Below are positions 9,468 to 19,428 of a stretch of 64,000 nt of DNA, one piece after another. The DNA is from a virus. The stretch lies in IMG/VR virus record IMGVR_UViG_3300029776_000155; one strand, written 5' to 3'. A program made the position numbers and the translations under genes. The notes beneath the pieces were generated by a model, which saw nothing but the letters and a program-made list of their open reading frames with translations, was not told the origin of the DNA and searched no databases. How positions within the stretch are numbered: position 1 is the first letter of the stretch; each line of letters opens with the position of its first letter.

Positions 9468-10205
9468 TCAGTCTGTTATTGATCCTTGTTTTATACGATA
9501 CCAATGATTGCCTACTCTGATTACATCCATACCGAACCATGCACCATTCTCGTTCAGTTTTGTTTTTATCTTTTCGAGTGTTACCGGACCGACACCCCAT
9601 ATTTCCATGAGATATTGCTCGTTAAGATGAATCAGGTCTCCGATATATAATATTCCATGAGATTCAAGATGGCTTTTGATGGATGGGGTAATACCCAAAC
9701 TGAATATCGGTTCCGAGAGATAGTGTACTTCTTCTGCTTGAATGTTATTCAGGGCTATTTCAAGTCCCACTTTGATTCTTTTGAGAAAATCAAGGCGTTC
9801 TTGTATCTTTTGGATGGCAAGCTCGTCTTGCTGTATCTCATTGCGTAACTGGGTTGCTCTCTTTACAAGTTCGGCATTACTTCTTTTCAATTCTTCATTA
9901 ATATCCGCCATTGACAGATTGCTTATTTCAAGTTCATTTCGTGTGCGGTCCAATTGCGTGACAAGTTCCTCCAGTCTGTCGGCATGACACTTCAGTATTG
10001 AATTTTTTTCATTATCGGCAGCCATTTCGTCCAAAAGGTAGCCGAACCTTTTAATTTGAAAATTAATATTTTCTTTATCCGATGCTATGGAATCTGCGAG
10101 TTTTGCCAGTCTTTGCCGGCATGAATCACCTTTCATAGACTTATACATGAGGACAATTCCCAATATCATCAACGCTATGCTGAAAAGTATATCCGTATCT
10201 TTCAT
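9468..10205 (-). CDS. membrane-anchored coiled-coil protein with RNA polymerase alpha-CTD-like helix-hairpin-helix C-terminal domain
   Basis: One N-terminal TM segment, a long heptad-rich region, and a C-terminus IGDLIHLNEQYLMEIWGVGPVTLEKIKTKL resembling the alpha-CTD HhH. Confidence 0.5.
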   Translation of the reverse strand: MKDTDILFSIALMILGIVLMYKSMKGDSCRQRLAKLADSIASDKENINFQIKRFGYLLDEMAADNEKNSILKCHADRLEELVTQLDRTRNELEISNLSMADINEELKRSNAELVKRATQLRNEIQQDELAIQKIQERLDFLKRIKVGLEIALNNIQAEEVHYLSEPIFSLGITPSIKSHLESHGILYIGDLIHLNEQYLMEIWGVGPVTLEKIKTKLNENGAWFGMDVIRVGNHWYRIKQGSITD

Positions 10206-10218
10206 ATCTTTCTATCCT

Positions 10219-10875
10219 TTATTCGTTTATGGTAATTATAGGGCGTACTCTGTGCGCCTGTACTTTAGGTGTTTCTTGCATTGCGCCGCTCCCCATGGAG
10301 TAGAGCCACGCCTTGGCTGTCTGCTGCTTTTCGACTTCTGTGGATGTCCAGTACCAACAGTCGTTTTCATCCAGCGGTAACGGCTCGCCGCCACATTGTT
10401 CGATGACAGGGTTGACTATCTCTCTCATGGTGTAGAGCAGCCGCATCTCTGCCACGGACGGTACATAGGCACTTTGCCCGTACCGCCATAGGTCGAAAAC
10501 CGCTTCTGCCATTGGCGAAGCCGTTTCTCGTGTATCGTACAGTGCGAATGTATTCTCGTTGCCATCATAAGCCATGATGTCGGACGATGTGCCTTGTGCG
10601 ATGCCGAGGCTGTCGGCGAATGCCTGTGGAGCAATGTCCCACAGGTAAACTGCATAACCGCCCCCCTCCGTATCTCCGCGTTTTCCGGTATCGAAGACAA
10701 CCGCTATCGCTTTTTTCCCCGATTGTTCATATTGTGCATAAGGCAAGGCCGTTCCGTCCTCGCAGAGGATATGTCCTGGACGGACCGCTGTATCGGGTAC
10801 GTCTATGTGCGTATCACAGGCAGCGCACAGCACGGCAGCCGTTGCCGCTGCCACCAAATGTATCTTTCGTATCAT
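10219..10875 (-). CDS. lipoprotein with DUF1566 (Lcl C-terminal)-like domain
   Basis: Signal peptide plus lipobox LCAAC. C-terminal CWYWTSTE...AW...MG motif typical of DUF1566. Confidence 0.45.
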   Translation of the reverse strand: MIRKIHLVAAATAAVLCAACDTHIDVPDTAVRPGHILCEDGTALPYAQYEQSGKKAIAVVFDTGKRGDTEGGGYAVYLWDIAPQAFADSLGIAQGTSSDIMAYDGNENTFALYDTRETASPMAEAVFDLWRYGQSAYVPSVAEMRLLYTMREIVNPVIEQCGGEPLPLDENDCWYWTSTEVEKQQTAKAWLYSMGSGAMQETPKVQAHRVRPIITINE

Positions 10876-10897
10876 ATTGCTTTCTTTTTTTGTTTCC

Positions 10898-11410
10898 CTA
10901 TTTCATAGGTAGTTTCACACCCAGCACGACACCTGCACGCAGCACGTCCGCACCTTTTATCATCACATCGCTTTTCACTTGCCAATACAGTGTCCATCCG
11001 GCCCGTAGCACATAGTTGTGTTCATAACCGAGGTGCAGGCCGCCGAGGAATTTATTCGTGTCGCTTCCGGCTGAAGCTCCGATACGCAGACTGCCATAGT
11101 GGTTGCGTCCCCGCGTCATGCACGGCTTGTAGGCCACGCCAAAACCGTAGCTGCGGTAGTTTCGCCAAAATGATTCCGGACAGATATGACCGCACGAACC
11201 GCACTCTGCCCATTGTAGGTAGCCGTTGACGAAAAACTCCCACGCATGGCGGTAGTTCATTTCATGTTCGTAGGCGAGCGTTATATCCATGCCGTTCTTG
11301 TAGAGTAGCCCTGTGCCAAGCGAGAGGCGTCCGCTACCTTGTTGTGCATTCGCACTTGCAGCGACACACACGCAGGTAATTATCAGGATGATTGTCTTTT
11401 TCATAGTCAT
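10898..11410 (-). CDS. traO: conjugative transposon protein TraO-like (small outer-membrane beta-barrel-like)
   Basis: 170 aa. Signal peptide and Gly/Tyr-rich strands alternating with beta-like segments. Position after traN matches the CTnDOT order. Confidence 0.55.
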   Translation of the reverse strand: MTMKKTIILIITCVCVAASANAQQGSGRLSLGTGLLYKNGMDITLAYEHEMNYRHAWEFFVNGYLQWAECGSCGHICPESFWRNYRSYGFGVAYKPCMTRGRNHYGSLRIGASAGSDTNKFLGGLHLGYEHNYVLRAGWTLYWQVKSDVMIKGADVLRAGVVLGVKLPMK

Positions 11411-12273
11411 TCCTCCTCCAATAAATCTGCATGGAACGAATCTGCCGCCAGTATATCCTCATAGTCGATGTTCAGGCTGATGTTACGGCCACTAATCTGT
11501 TTCTCCGTCATTTCGATGGTCAGCAGCTTGTCATTGGGAAAGGTCATCTTTTTCACGACAATCACATTCCGATAGCCGTGTCTGAACGTCTTACCCGGTT
11601 CCAGAACCAGGGCAGGTGTCAGTTCGATAGTCTGTGCGTTGGTTGCCTTGGCGAGTTTCTTGTCTGTCAGTTTTATCCGTATCTCATCAATGTCAAAACG
11701 GATATTCGTCTTGTTCTCGATGGAAAAGTCTATGAAGAAGTAGTCACCCACCGAGTAGATATTGTTCAGACGCATCACCATACGGTGTGCTTTGGTAGCT
11801 ACGTTGCGGATTTTCGCAGGTGAGTTCCAGATGCGCCGTGCATGATGTGTCATATCGGCAGTGGACATTGAGACTGCCGGATTGTTGTACGCATTACGCT
11901 CTTGCAGCAGTATCTCCTTATCCGTTACTGCCTCTTTCATCCTTGTGGTATAAATCAGTGCGTATTGTGTGCGGTACCGTTCCGTCACAATGGTGACGAT
12001 GGCGAGTATTTCACCATCCTCGTGTCCGCTTTCCTTGGGCTTTAGACGGATGATGTTGTCAATGGGCTGATCGCCAGCCACCTTGTCAGTGGAAATATCC
12101 ACGAAACGCACCGGTTCCGATGCCGTTATGACAGTTGTTATCTGTTCGTTCACCGTCAGTTGTTCCATTTCCTCATAGGTCGTTTGCGCCTGTGCGTTCC
12201 GCGCCAGCGGCAGCCCTGCCGCCAGAAGAAATGACATTGCGATTTTCTTCCAATTCATATCCATGTTGTTCAT
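11407..12273 (-). CDS. traN: conjugative transposon protein TraN-like (VirB9-like)
   Basis: 288 aa with signal peptide. Order is traM-(114 aa)-traN-traO. 4-nt overlap with the downstream gene. Confidence 0.65.
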   Translation of the reverse strand: MNNMDMNWKKIAMSFLLAAGLPLARNAQAQTTYEEMEQLTVNEQITTVITASEPVRFVDISTDKVAGDQPIDNIIRLKPKESGHEDGEILAIVTIVTERYRTQYALIYTTRMKEAVTDKEILLQERNAYNNPAVSMSTADMTHHARRIWNSPAKIRNVATKAHRMVMRLNNIYSVGDYFFIDFSIENKTNIRFDIDEIRIKLTDKKLAKATNAQTIELTPALVLEPGKTFRHGYRNVIVVKKMTFPNDKLLTIEMTEKQISGRNISLNIDYEDILAADSFHADLLEEE

Positions 12274-12304
12274 TATATTTATTCCGTTTATTTCCTCTTT
12301 TCCC

Positions 12305-12649
12305 TTATTTCTCCTCTTTCTTTACCTGTTTGGCACGTACCCATGTACAACGCCCCGTCCGGGTCATTTGGAGTTCACACTGCCAAAGAGTGCCCTTCTC
12401 CACTGTTTTGAAATTTACATTTCCGTATCTTGGTCCGTAAAAACCGGTATGTTTTTGAAAAGCGAATAAGGCAATCCTCCGTCTGTCTTCTGTCCGGAAG
12501 TTGCATATTAGGGCAAACTGCCCTCTGTGATGCCACCACTCGGCACTCACAAGTTTTCCGATAAATGTCTCGGCTTTATTGGGGGCTATATAGTCCGCAT
12601 AATAAAGCCCATCCGTACCTTTGTGATATTCTGATAAATCTGTTTCCAT
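12305..12649 (-). CDS. hypothetical protein
   Basis: 114-aa ORF inserted between the traM-like and traN-like genes. Confidence 0.4.
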   Translation of the reverse strand: METDLSEYHKGTDGLYYADYIAPNKAETFIGKLVSAEWWHHRGQFALICNFRTEDRRRIALFAFQKHTGFYGPRYGNVNFKTVEKGTLWQCELQMTRTGRCTWVRAKQVKKEEK

Positions 12650-12661
12650 GTCATCATCATT

Positions 12662-13849
12662 TTAGTTCCTTTTTTCCTGTCCGTTCACCAAATACACGAA
12701 AGTTCCGTATTTCAGCTTGACTTTGTTTTTCTTGATAGCTTTGCTAATGGCATTGCTTGTTTTCTGGTAGGCATTGTTCACCGCCTGCATCCCCCATTGT
12801 GCAAGGCTGTTTCCTGTACTTCCCATACTCATGTTCATATTGCCCGACATTGCCCCGCTTGCTACATCCTTGCTCGTTTCCCGGAATTGGCTGTTGGGTA
12901 CATACAACCCTTCCATGCCATCTGTATCATAGAGTGACAGACTCACTTTCACCAGTTCGTCATTCACGAGGATGCTGCTGATATTACCTTTCACGCGTCC
13001 GGATGAGAATCCGCTCACTGTAGCGTACAGGTACGTTCCCCTTGCTACCACACACTCGCCAATCTCCACATCGTCAAGCAGGCGCAACCTCACGCGCGAG
13101 CCGTCCACCGCTTTGATGTTCTCGTCAATGATGGCTTGGATGAGTTTCGGTTCACGTACATTCTTCGACAGTGTGTTAAAGTAGTCCGAGGTTGTCTTCA
13201 CCTTGCGTACCACCTCGCTGGGTGGTTCGTCCGCAGATGGCGTTTTCACAGCCCGGCTCTCTTCGTTGATGGTTCCGGAGGCTGTTGCTCCTTGTGGTGG
13301 AGCAATGTTGGCCGTGTCCGTTTCTGCCGGGGGGACAGTCGCATTTTGCCCTCTCAGTCTCGCCTCTGCGAGTGCTTTTTCCAGTTCGGCAAGTGCTTCC
13401 TGTTCTCGTGTCTTGGCAGAGGCAATTTCCGCTGCCGCAGCTTTTTCCTGTTGTTCTTCAGTGAGCAGGTCGATGTCGTCCTGCGTGTATTTCGATTCAT
13501 ACTCTTCCTTGTTTTTATCGGGTTCTTCCCGGTCTATGTTATCTACTGCGGAGTAGTCCTGTATCTTACCCCATGATTTCGCCATATTCTCGTATTTGCT
13601 GCCTATGCCATCGTCCTTGATCTGTGCCCCCGGCAATTCGGGGTTCAGGAACTCCGTCGTCTGCAACGCCTTGTCTTGTATTTCTATCGTTTCTGTCTGA
13701 AACAGGTCGAAGATGAAATAAGACGCGCCGAGCAGGGGGAAATAAAGGATGGCGGGAAGCATATATTTCGGCTGGCGAAAATTGATTTTCTCCAATATCT
13801 TCATTATACATCTTTTAATTGAGTTGTACATACTTGCCTTCAATGGCAC
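12662..13849 (-). CDS. traM: conjugative transposon protein TraM-like
   Basis: 395 aa. N-terminal TM segment, central Ala/Glu-rich coiled-coil linker and conserved C-terminal domain. Position follows traK-traL as in CTnDOT. Confidence 0.65.
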   Translation of the reverse strand: MPLKASMYNSIKRCIMKILEKINFRQPKYMLPAILYFPLLGASYFIFDLFQTETIEIQDKALQTTEFLNPELPGAQIKDDGIGSKYENMAKSWGKIQDYSAVDNIDREEPDKNKEEYESKYTQDDIDLLTEEQQEKAAAAEIASAKTREQEALAELEKALAEARLRGQNATVPPAETDTANIAPPQGATASGTINEESRAVKTPSADEPPSEVVRKVKTTSDYFNTLSKNVREPKLIQAIIDENIKAVDGSRVRLRLLDDVEIGECVVARGTYLYATVSGFSSGRVKGNISSILVNDELVKVSLSLYDTDGMEGLYVPNSQFRETSKDVASGAMSGNMNMSMGSTGNSLAQWGMQAVNNAYQKTSNAISKAIKKNKVKLKYGTFVYLVNGQEKRN

Positions 13850-14303
13850 AATTTCTCAGTATCTCTGCGTTGTCTTTTCCGAAAGCTAACAGGAGGCTAC
13901 CGCAACCGGGAGAGTCACCTCGCGTTCCGTCTGGTCGGTAGAATCGGATGCGGTGGCGTAGGAATTTCATTCCTGTTGCTTTTGGGAAGATGACGTCCTG
14001 AAACATTTTGGAATCACAACGGTTGAATAATAATGCAATGCCGTTGCCATGTTCTGCCAGTTTCCGGACGAATAGCTCGATAAGAGGACGCGAATAGGGA
14101 GGATTGAGCCACACACGTCCTTCCCATATCTGGGACAACCCGTCTATGTTCTGATCATACATGACCTCGGCAGTCGGCCACAACGGACGGATAGGAGCGC
14201 AAGGGTCAAGGTCGAATTTGCCCAATGCGTCCAGTATCTCCTTTGGCGTGTACCATTCGTCTGACGAACGGACTGATTTTTCAAACCGTGTATTCATAAG
14301 CAT
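13815..14303 (-). CDS. DNA N6-adenine methyltransferase, phage Dam-type (PF05869-like), orphan
   Basis: 162 aa with WYTP...VWLNPPYS catalytic motif. No restriction-endonuclease partner nearby. Embedded in the tra operon. Confidence 0.75.
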   Translation of the reverse strand: MLMNTRFEKSVRSSDEWYTPKEILDALGKFDLDPCAPIRPLWPTAEVMYDQNIDGLSQIWEGRVWLNPPYSRPLIELFVRKLAEHGNGIALLFNRCDSKMFQDVIFPKATGMKFLRHRIRFYRPDGTRGDSPGCGSLLLAFGKDNAEILRNCAIEGKYVQLN

Positions 14304-14307
14304 TCTT

Positions 14308-14682
14308 TTACTGTGGTTTGTCCCCTCTGTTTTTATGTTCCCTTATTTCGACTTCCTGCAACAGCTTGTGCCGTTCCCGAAGTACAGAATCCTGCATTTC
14401 CGTTGCCGTGCGACTTGTCGGACTGTGCCTGTACACAGTTACCAAGCGGTAGACGTTCCATGCGAAAGCTCCGATGACGAATGTAAAGACGATGACCAGA
14501 AACAGCGTCCGGTGCGCGTTGGCAAAGCCCTGCACCTTGGCCGCCGCTTGGTCGATACGTGTCGCCTTGGCGAATTTGTGCCCGGCCTGCACCTCTCGCT
14601 CGTAGCGTTCCTTGTACTGCGGGTCATCTTTGTCCGGCATCTTCTCGCCGAACAACATCCGTTTGAATCCTTTGATATTCAT
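14308..14682 (-). CDS. small membrane protein (TraL-like position)
   Basis: 124 aa with one central TM segment. Lies between the traK-like gene and the Dam MTase. Confidence 0.45.
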   Translation of the reverse strand: MNIKGFKRMLFGEKMPDKDDPQYKERYEREVQAGHKFAKATRIDQAAAKVQGFANAHRTLFLVIVFTFVIGAFAWNVYRLVTVYRHSPTSRTATEMQDSVLRERHKLLQEVEIREHKNRGDKPQ

Positions 14683-14694
14683 ATCTTTGGTGAT

Positions 14695-15309
14695 TTAATA
14701 GTTACTCTTTGTTTTTTGCTCGATATCTTTGTTCAGCAATGTGCGCCAGTTTACTATGAGCAGTCCATGCGGATTGTTGTCCGTTCTCGGCACACGTTTA
14801 AGTTGCCCTGCCGTAACCAGTTCGCGCATCAGGATATTACTCCGACGTTCGATTCGCTGCCGGCCATAGTAGGTGAACTCCATATTCTTTTTGTCAAAGG
14901 AGATACTGTCACAGAAAATCGAGAACACCGCGCTCGTACCCAATATGTTGGAGTAAAATCCCTTTTCCTTGAGGGTATTGTATTGTGCCAGTCCCGTCTC
15001 ATCGACCAGGTACATCGCTTTTTCCATCGTATAGCGGATGTATTTGTCGTCCGGTGCGAGAGTAAAAAAGTAATGGTGGAACATTTCTACGTGGCTCTTG
15101 GCTTCCACGTCCAGCGTTTCGTCCATCGTCGTGCGGGTTACGAGTATAGGTACATTTCCGTCCAGCACATACACCTTTTTCTGTGCGTCCGTCACCATTG
15201 TCCGGGCAGTCCAGATACTTGACACACTGATGATGATACACCCTACAAGAAAAGCAGTGCAGATGATGCCCACCAGTCGGATTTTATTCTCCAAATGCTT
15301 GATGACCAT
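14695..15309 (-). CDS. traK: conjugative transposon protein TraK-like
   Basis: 204 aa with N-terminal TM/signal segment. Size and position after traJ match the CTnDOT order. Confidence 0.65.
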   Translation of the reverse strand: MVIKHLENKIRLVGIICTAFLVGCIIISVSSIWTARTMVTDAQKKVYVLDGNVPILVTRTTMDETLDVEAKSHVEMFHHYFFTLAPDDKYIRYTMEKAMYLVDETGLAQYNTLKEKGFYSNILGTSAVFSIFCDSISFDKKNMEFTYYGRQRIERRSNILMRELVTAGQLKRVPRTDNNPHGLLIVNWRTLLNKDIEQKTKSNY

Positions 15310-15315
15310 ATACCT

Positions 15316-15735
15316 TTATTTTTTCTTGTTAGACAATCGTGTGTATTCGTCATGTAACATTGTCATGACTGTATCCTGTAACTCCGTCAGAAATTTTTCG
15401 AACTTCCCGTCAAAGAGCTGTGTGTAATCTTCCCGCATGATTACATGCACGAATATCCACCAGATACGGCGGTTTCGATTCTTGGCATTTTTCTGCAATT
15501 TGACCAGTTGCAGACGATAGGTAAGGTAAGTCATCATAGGGACGATATATCGGTTGTCCCATGTAATGGCTTCGTCCAGTTCTTCATATTCCGGATCAAT
15601 TCGGTGGTTAGGTGCATAAACGAGTTCTTCGCTTATGCGTTCATTTGCATAGCGCACGAAACGCTCGTTCCTGCACCATTTTTCAATTTTCTGTTGTACA
15701 TTCATCTTTTGGATATTTAATATTAGGTTTATCAT
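15316..15735 (-). CDS. hypothetical protein
   Basis: 139-aa ORF between the traJ-like and traK-like genes. Stop overlaps the traJ start. Confidence 0.4.
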   Translation of the reverse strand: MINLILNIQKMNVQQKIEKWCRNERFVRYANERISEELVYAPNHRIDPEYEELDEAITWDNRYIVPMMTYLTYRLQLVKLQKNAKNRNRRIWWIFVHVIMREDYTQLFDGKFEKFLTELQDTVMTMLHDEYTRLSNKKK

Positions 15736-16868
15736 TATCTCATCATCGAGCCGATACCGCCCGTAGCCGTCATTTTTGCCTGCTGCGCCACACCTTCTCC
15801 AAAGTTCCGTGTAGAGAAGGCCGTGTCACCTTCAGGTATCATCCATGCTGCCAAGTCCGGCACGAGGTTTAGGCATTTCAGTGCCACGATACTTGCCGCC
15901 ATCAAGTAGCCGGCGGAGAAGAAGCTGTTTTGCAAGTAGGCCGCCATCGTCTGTTCGCTTGCTGTGATTGCCGTCAGGTTTTCTACCTGTATGCACAATA
16001 CAATGTCAAATAGCAGTAGCACATAGAAGCCGACGAAGTAGAGCATCGCACCATAGAAATGTACTGTCAGATACCTTATAAGCCACTTCGCCCATGCACC
16101 TTCCCATTTGGGCAACAGCGAGAACGCCCATTGTATAGGTCCGAATATTGTTAACATGCCCAGTAGGATTTGCTGGCAGTAGATGGTGGCCCACCATCCG
16201 ATACGATACACAATCAGAGCGATAAGCATGATGATTTTGTCGATACCTACGATGACTCCTGCCGTCAGTGAGGTAAACCACAGTTCGGCTGCGTCTTTCT
16301 CCATCTTCGTCACTTCGTCCACTCCGGTTTGTTCCATGGTCGCTTCTACCAGATTCGGGTCTGAGGTACCCGTGTGAGCGACATCTGCCTGTGCTTGCAA
16401 ACTTTGGTACATCGTGTCACGTACATGGATAAGTTGCTGCACTTCCTCGAATTTGTCCGCTATTTGGGTGGCTTCTGCCTCGTACAGGTCATGCGTGTAC
16501 GAGCCGATGCAGTTCGGGATGTAAGACAGGAAGTCAAGAAAACACCAACTGCTCCCACTGCCAGCCATACCCGTGTCTGCTGGCGGATACCACCAACAGA
16601 GGATGATTGAAACAGCCAAAGGACGGAACAGCTTCAGTACATCCAGTGGCTCATGTTTCACCATCATCTTGTACGCCATTCCCGCTGCCATCACAATAGC
16701 GAACAGGGCAGCCAGTGCCATGCACATTTGTAGTATCCACCAGAACGGTCCCTGCGAGCCGGTAAAAGTCGCATCAGTCAGGAATTCGTTCGTTTGAAAA
16801 ATCACATCGTCTATCTCTTCTTCAAGGATATTGATACCGAAATCCGAGAGTATATTTCCGTCTGCCAT
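15735..16868 (-). CDS. traJ: conjugative transposon protein TraJ-like (VirB6-like polytopic membrane protein)
   Basis: 377 aa with multiple TM segments, for example WWILQMCMALAALFAIVMAA and the Trp-rich C-terminal half. Size and position fit CTnDOT TraJ. Confidence 0.75.
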   Translation of the reverse strand: MADGNILSDFGINILEEEIDDVIFQTNEFLTDATFTGSQGPFWWILQMCMALAALFAIVMAAGMAYKMMVKHEPLDVLKLFRPLAVSIILCWWYPPADTGMAGSGSSWCFLDFLSYIPNCIGSYTHDLYEAEATQIADKFEEVQQLIHVRDTMYQSLQAQADVAHTGTSDPNLVEATMEQTGVDEVTKMEKDAAELWFTSLTAGVIVGIDKIIMLIALIVYRIGWWATIYCQQILLGMLTIFGPIQWAFSLLPKWEGAWAKWLIRYLTVHFYGAMLYFVGFYVLLLFDIVLCIQVENLTAITASEQTMAAYLQNSFFSAGYLMAASIVALKCLNLVPDLAAWMIPEGDTAFSTRNFGEGVAQQAKMTATGGIGSMMR

Positions 16869-16882
16869 ACGTTTTTGTTTTT

Positions 16883-17653
16883 TCAGTTCCCTTTGTTTAC
16901 TGTTTCATCTCCGTCACCGCTGCCGCCCGTGTTATTGCCCGATTGCGGGCCGCGCACGGCAAAGCGCGATTCGTGCCACCGGCTCACCGCATCGCGGACA
17001 ATACTCTTTTTATCCAGAGTACGGTCAGCGGTAGCGTTCAGTAGCGTACTTGTTACCGTAGTATTCTGCCGTTTGGCAAGGTAGCCGACAAGGATTTCGT
17101 TCTGTCGGGTTATATCCTCGTAGATGCGCAGATACTCTTTTTTCCGCTGTGCGTTGGGCATATAGGCATCTTTCGTTGCATCAATGGCGCACTGGTAGAT
17201 ATGGTAATATTCCGTCCATCTGTCTTTATCCTCCGGTGTCCCCCCGACAGGCAAGATGCGGTCTATGTTTCGTTTGAACCGTACCATCTGTCCGTTGACC
17301 TTATCGCCTTCGGCGAGCCATGCGATGTCCGCTTGACGGTCAGCCACATTCAAGGCTTCTATCTTTGCCCGGCTCACCAATGCCGAGTCGATGGTTTCAG
17401 CTTCGTCCGTTTGGTTGTACAGGTTGACGCCCGCCAGTGTGCGGAACGACAGTTTGTTCTTGGCTGCTGCCGACTTTTTGTACTTGTTGTGCAGTATGGA
17501 ATAGTAGAGGTCGGGCGAGAGTGCTCCCGTACCGGTTTCCATTACTGTTACTTGGTTTTGTTTCGGCGAATCGTGGTTATAGGTCACGGATTGTGCCTTT
17601 GCCGCCGTGGTTGCAATTATTGTAACCGTCACGAGTAAGAGTATTCTGTCCAT
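16883..17653 (-). CDS. secreted hypothetical protein (signal peptide)
   Basis: 256 aa. N-terminal signal peptide and Gly/Asn-rich C-terminal tail. Confidence 0.4.
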   Translation of the reverse strand: MDRILLLVTVTIIATTAAKAQSVTYNHDSPKQNQVTVMETGTGALSPDLYYSILHNKYKKSAAAKNKLSFRTLAGVNLYNQTDEAETIDSALVSRAKIEALNVADRQADIAWLAEGDKVNGQMVRFKRNIDRILPVGGTPEDKDRWTEYYHIYQCAIDATKDAYMPNAQRKKEYLRIYEDITRQNEILVGYLAKRQNTTVTSTLLNATADRTLDKKSIVRDAVSRWHESRFAVRGPQSGNNTGGSGDGDETVNKGN

Positions 17654-17721
17654 ATTTACTTTCGGTTATTTGTTACTAATCTTTCAATACTCAATGTGCT
17701 TCAATCAGTTAATCACCGAGA

Positions 17722-18492
17722 TTATTCCACATTTCTTTTTATATTATATTCATTTCTAATCCTTTCCTCTCCCCGCGAGAAGTGCATGTCATCCTTTTCA
17801 ATACAAATACATTTTCTATTCGTATGAATACAGGCGATTGCAGTGCTCATGCTTCCAGAGGCAAAATCAAGGACTGTGTCACCCTCTTTCGTGTATGTTC
17901 TTATCAGATATTTCAATAATGCGACTGGCTTTTGATTAACATGAATCGTTTTGCCCTCTGATTCCGCAGTTTTGAAATATTTCACACTTCGTGGGTATCT
18001 CGTTCCTTTGTTTTCATTTCTGAATGTAGGATTTGGTACCTTGTTTACTCCTGTCCAGTTACTCCCTCTCTTTGTACGATTTTCATAAGGCTCACCTTCT
18101 TCCATGATTGGATAATAAGGAGTTCTGCCGTTACAAAAGATACTGATTAGCTCATGCGCTTTTAGAGGTTGCTTTTTAGCAAGAAGGAAATTGCTTGCTT
18201 TTGACTTTTCCCATACCCAGTCATATTTAAATTCGGCTAAATTGCCACAGCGTAAAAGGCTGCTGAACGGTTCGCTGCCAAATAAAGCCGTAGGCGCATT
18301 ATCCTTTCTCACCCTTCTAATCTCCTCCCACATTTTCGAGAATGGTATTATCTTATCCCATTGCGAAGCTGTAATTCCAAAAGGTGGGTCGCATAGAACT
18401 AAATCAATACTTGATTCTGGGAGAAGAGGCATTACTTCAAGGCAATCGGCTTTATATAGCGTAATGTCTTTTGCAAAAACGATCTTTTTCAT
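17722..18492 (-). CDS. DNA methyltransferase (N6-adenine/N4-cytosine, DPPF motif), orphan
   Basis: 256 aa. Motif IV LVLCDPPFGI near the N-terminus and SAM-binding FASGSMSTA near the C-terminus (beta-class order). No adjacent endonuclease. Confidence 0.8.
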   Translation of the reverse strand: MKKIVFAKDITLYKADCLEVMPLLPESSIDLVLCDPPFGITASQWDKIIPFSKMWEEIRRVRKDNAPTALFGSEPFSSLLRCGNLAEFKYDWVWEKSKASNFLLAKKQPLKAHELISIFCNGRTPYYPIMEEGEPYENRTKRGSNWTGVNKVPNPTFRNENKGTRYPRSVKYFKTAESEGKTIHVNQKPVALLKYLIRTYTKEGDTVLDFASGSMSTAIACIHTNRKCICIEKDDMHFSRGEERIRNEYNIKRNVE

Positions 18493-18702
18493 TACATCTT
18501 TTATTAATCCAAATGTCCATTTGCCTCTTGGTTATAGGCCGGATAGACTTGTTTGTACTTAAAGTTTCTTTCTCTGTTTGTACTTCTCCGAACATCCAGG
18601 ACGAAACGCTTTTCCTGCGTTTTAAGATATTCCTTAGCAATTTCGGTGCATAGAAGTCATAATCTAACTTGTGGCATTATTTACCTCCTTCCTCTTTTAC
18701 CG

Positions 18703-19428
18703 TCAATAATCCAGTCGTCCCGCATTGCGCCACCGTCCGAAAGCACCGTCAATAATTTCCCGTTTGGTACGTTCCCGGTAAATCTTCGATTTCCAGTAGC
18801 CGATACGTACCTGTATGTATCTCCATGTCTCGATGTATGCCCGGTTCAAGTGTTGCTCAATACTGTCCAGCGACTTGTTCACGGACTCCAGTACCATCAG
18901 CAGGTCGCTGGTCGAGCAGGCCGCTGCGCCCGTGGCATACAGCACGAGGTCGCTCACCGACTTATAGAGGTGTTCTCCCTCGTTGGCGATGTCCCGTATT
19001 GCCTTTTCATTGATAGTCAGTATCAGTGCGTCTGACGGCTCGATGTTCCCATGTTTCAGGATTTTCTCATGGAAAGCCTCCAGCATGGTCTTATAGTCAC
19101 CGATACGGTCACTTACCGAACTGTAGGTATCCTTCACGTTCAGCACCGTCCGTAGGGACTGGTACATCACGTCGATGACGTCAAAGGCACGGGTATAGCG
19201 GTCAAGGTCGATATTCACTTCCTTGTATTTGCCTGTCTCCTCACGGCTGTACTCGTGCAGCAGTTGGTTGCTGTATTCCAGCGTGCTTCGGGCCAGCAAC
19301 AGGCTGCGTTGTTTCTTGTGGTCGTTGATGTACGCTTCCACCGACATGATATCGAATGTCCATTGGCCCTTGGCGACATCGGGTAGTAGCGCAAGCAACG
19401 TGATGGCTATCAGCATAGTGCGTTTCAT
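18703..19428 (-). CDS. secreted hypothetical protein
   Basis: 241 aa with signal peptide. 4-nt overlap with the upstream 843-aa gene. Confidence 0.4.
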   Translation of the reverse strand: MKRTMLIAITLLALLPDVAKGQWTFDIMSVEAYINDHKKQRSLLLARSTLEYSNQLLHEYSREETGKYKEVNIDLDRYTRAFDVIDVMYQSLRTVLNVKDTYSSVSDRIGDYKTMLEAFHEKILKHGNIEPSDALILTINEKAIRDIANEGEHLYKSVSDLVLYATGAAACSTSDLLMVLESVNKSLDSIEQHLNRAYIETWRYIQVRIGYWKSKIYRERTKREIIDGAFGRWRNAGRLDY

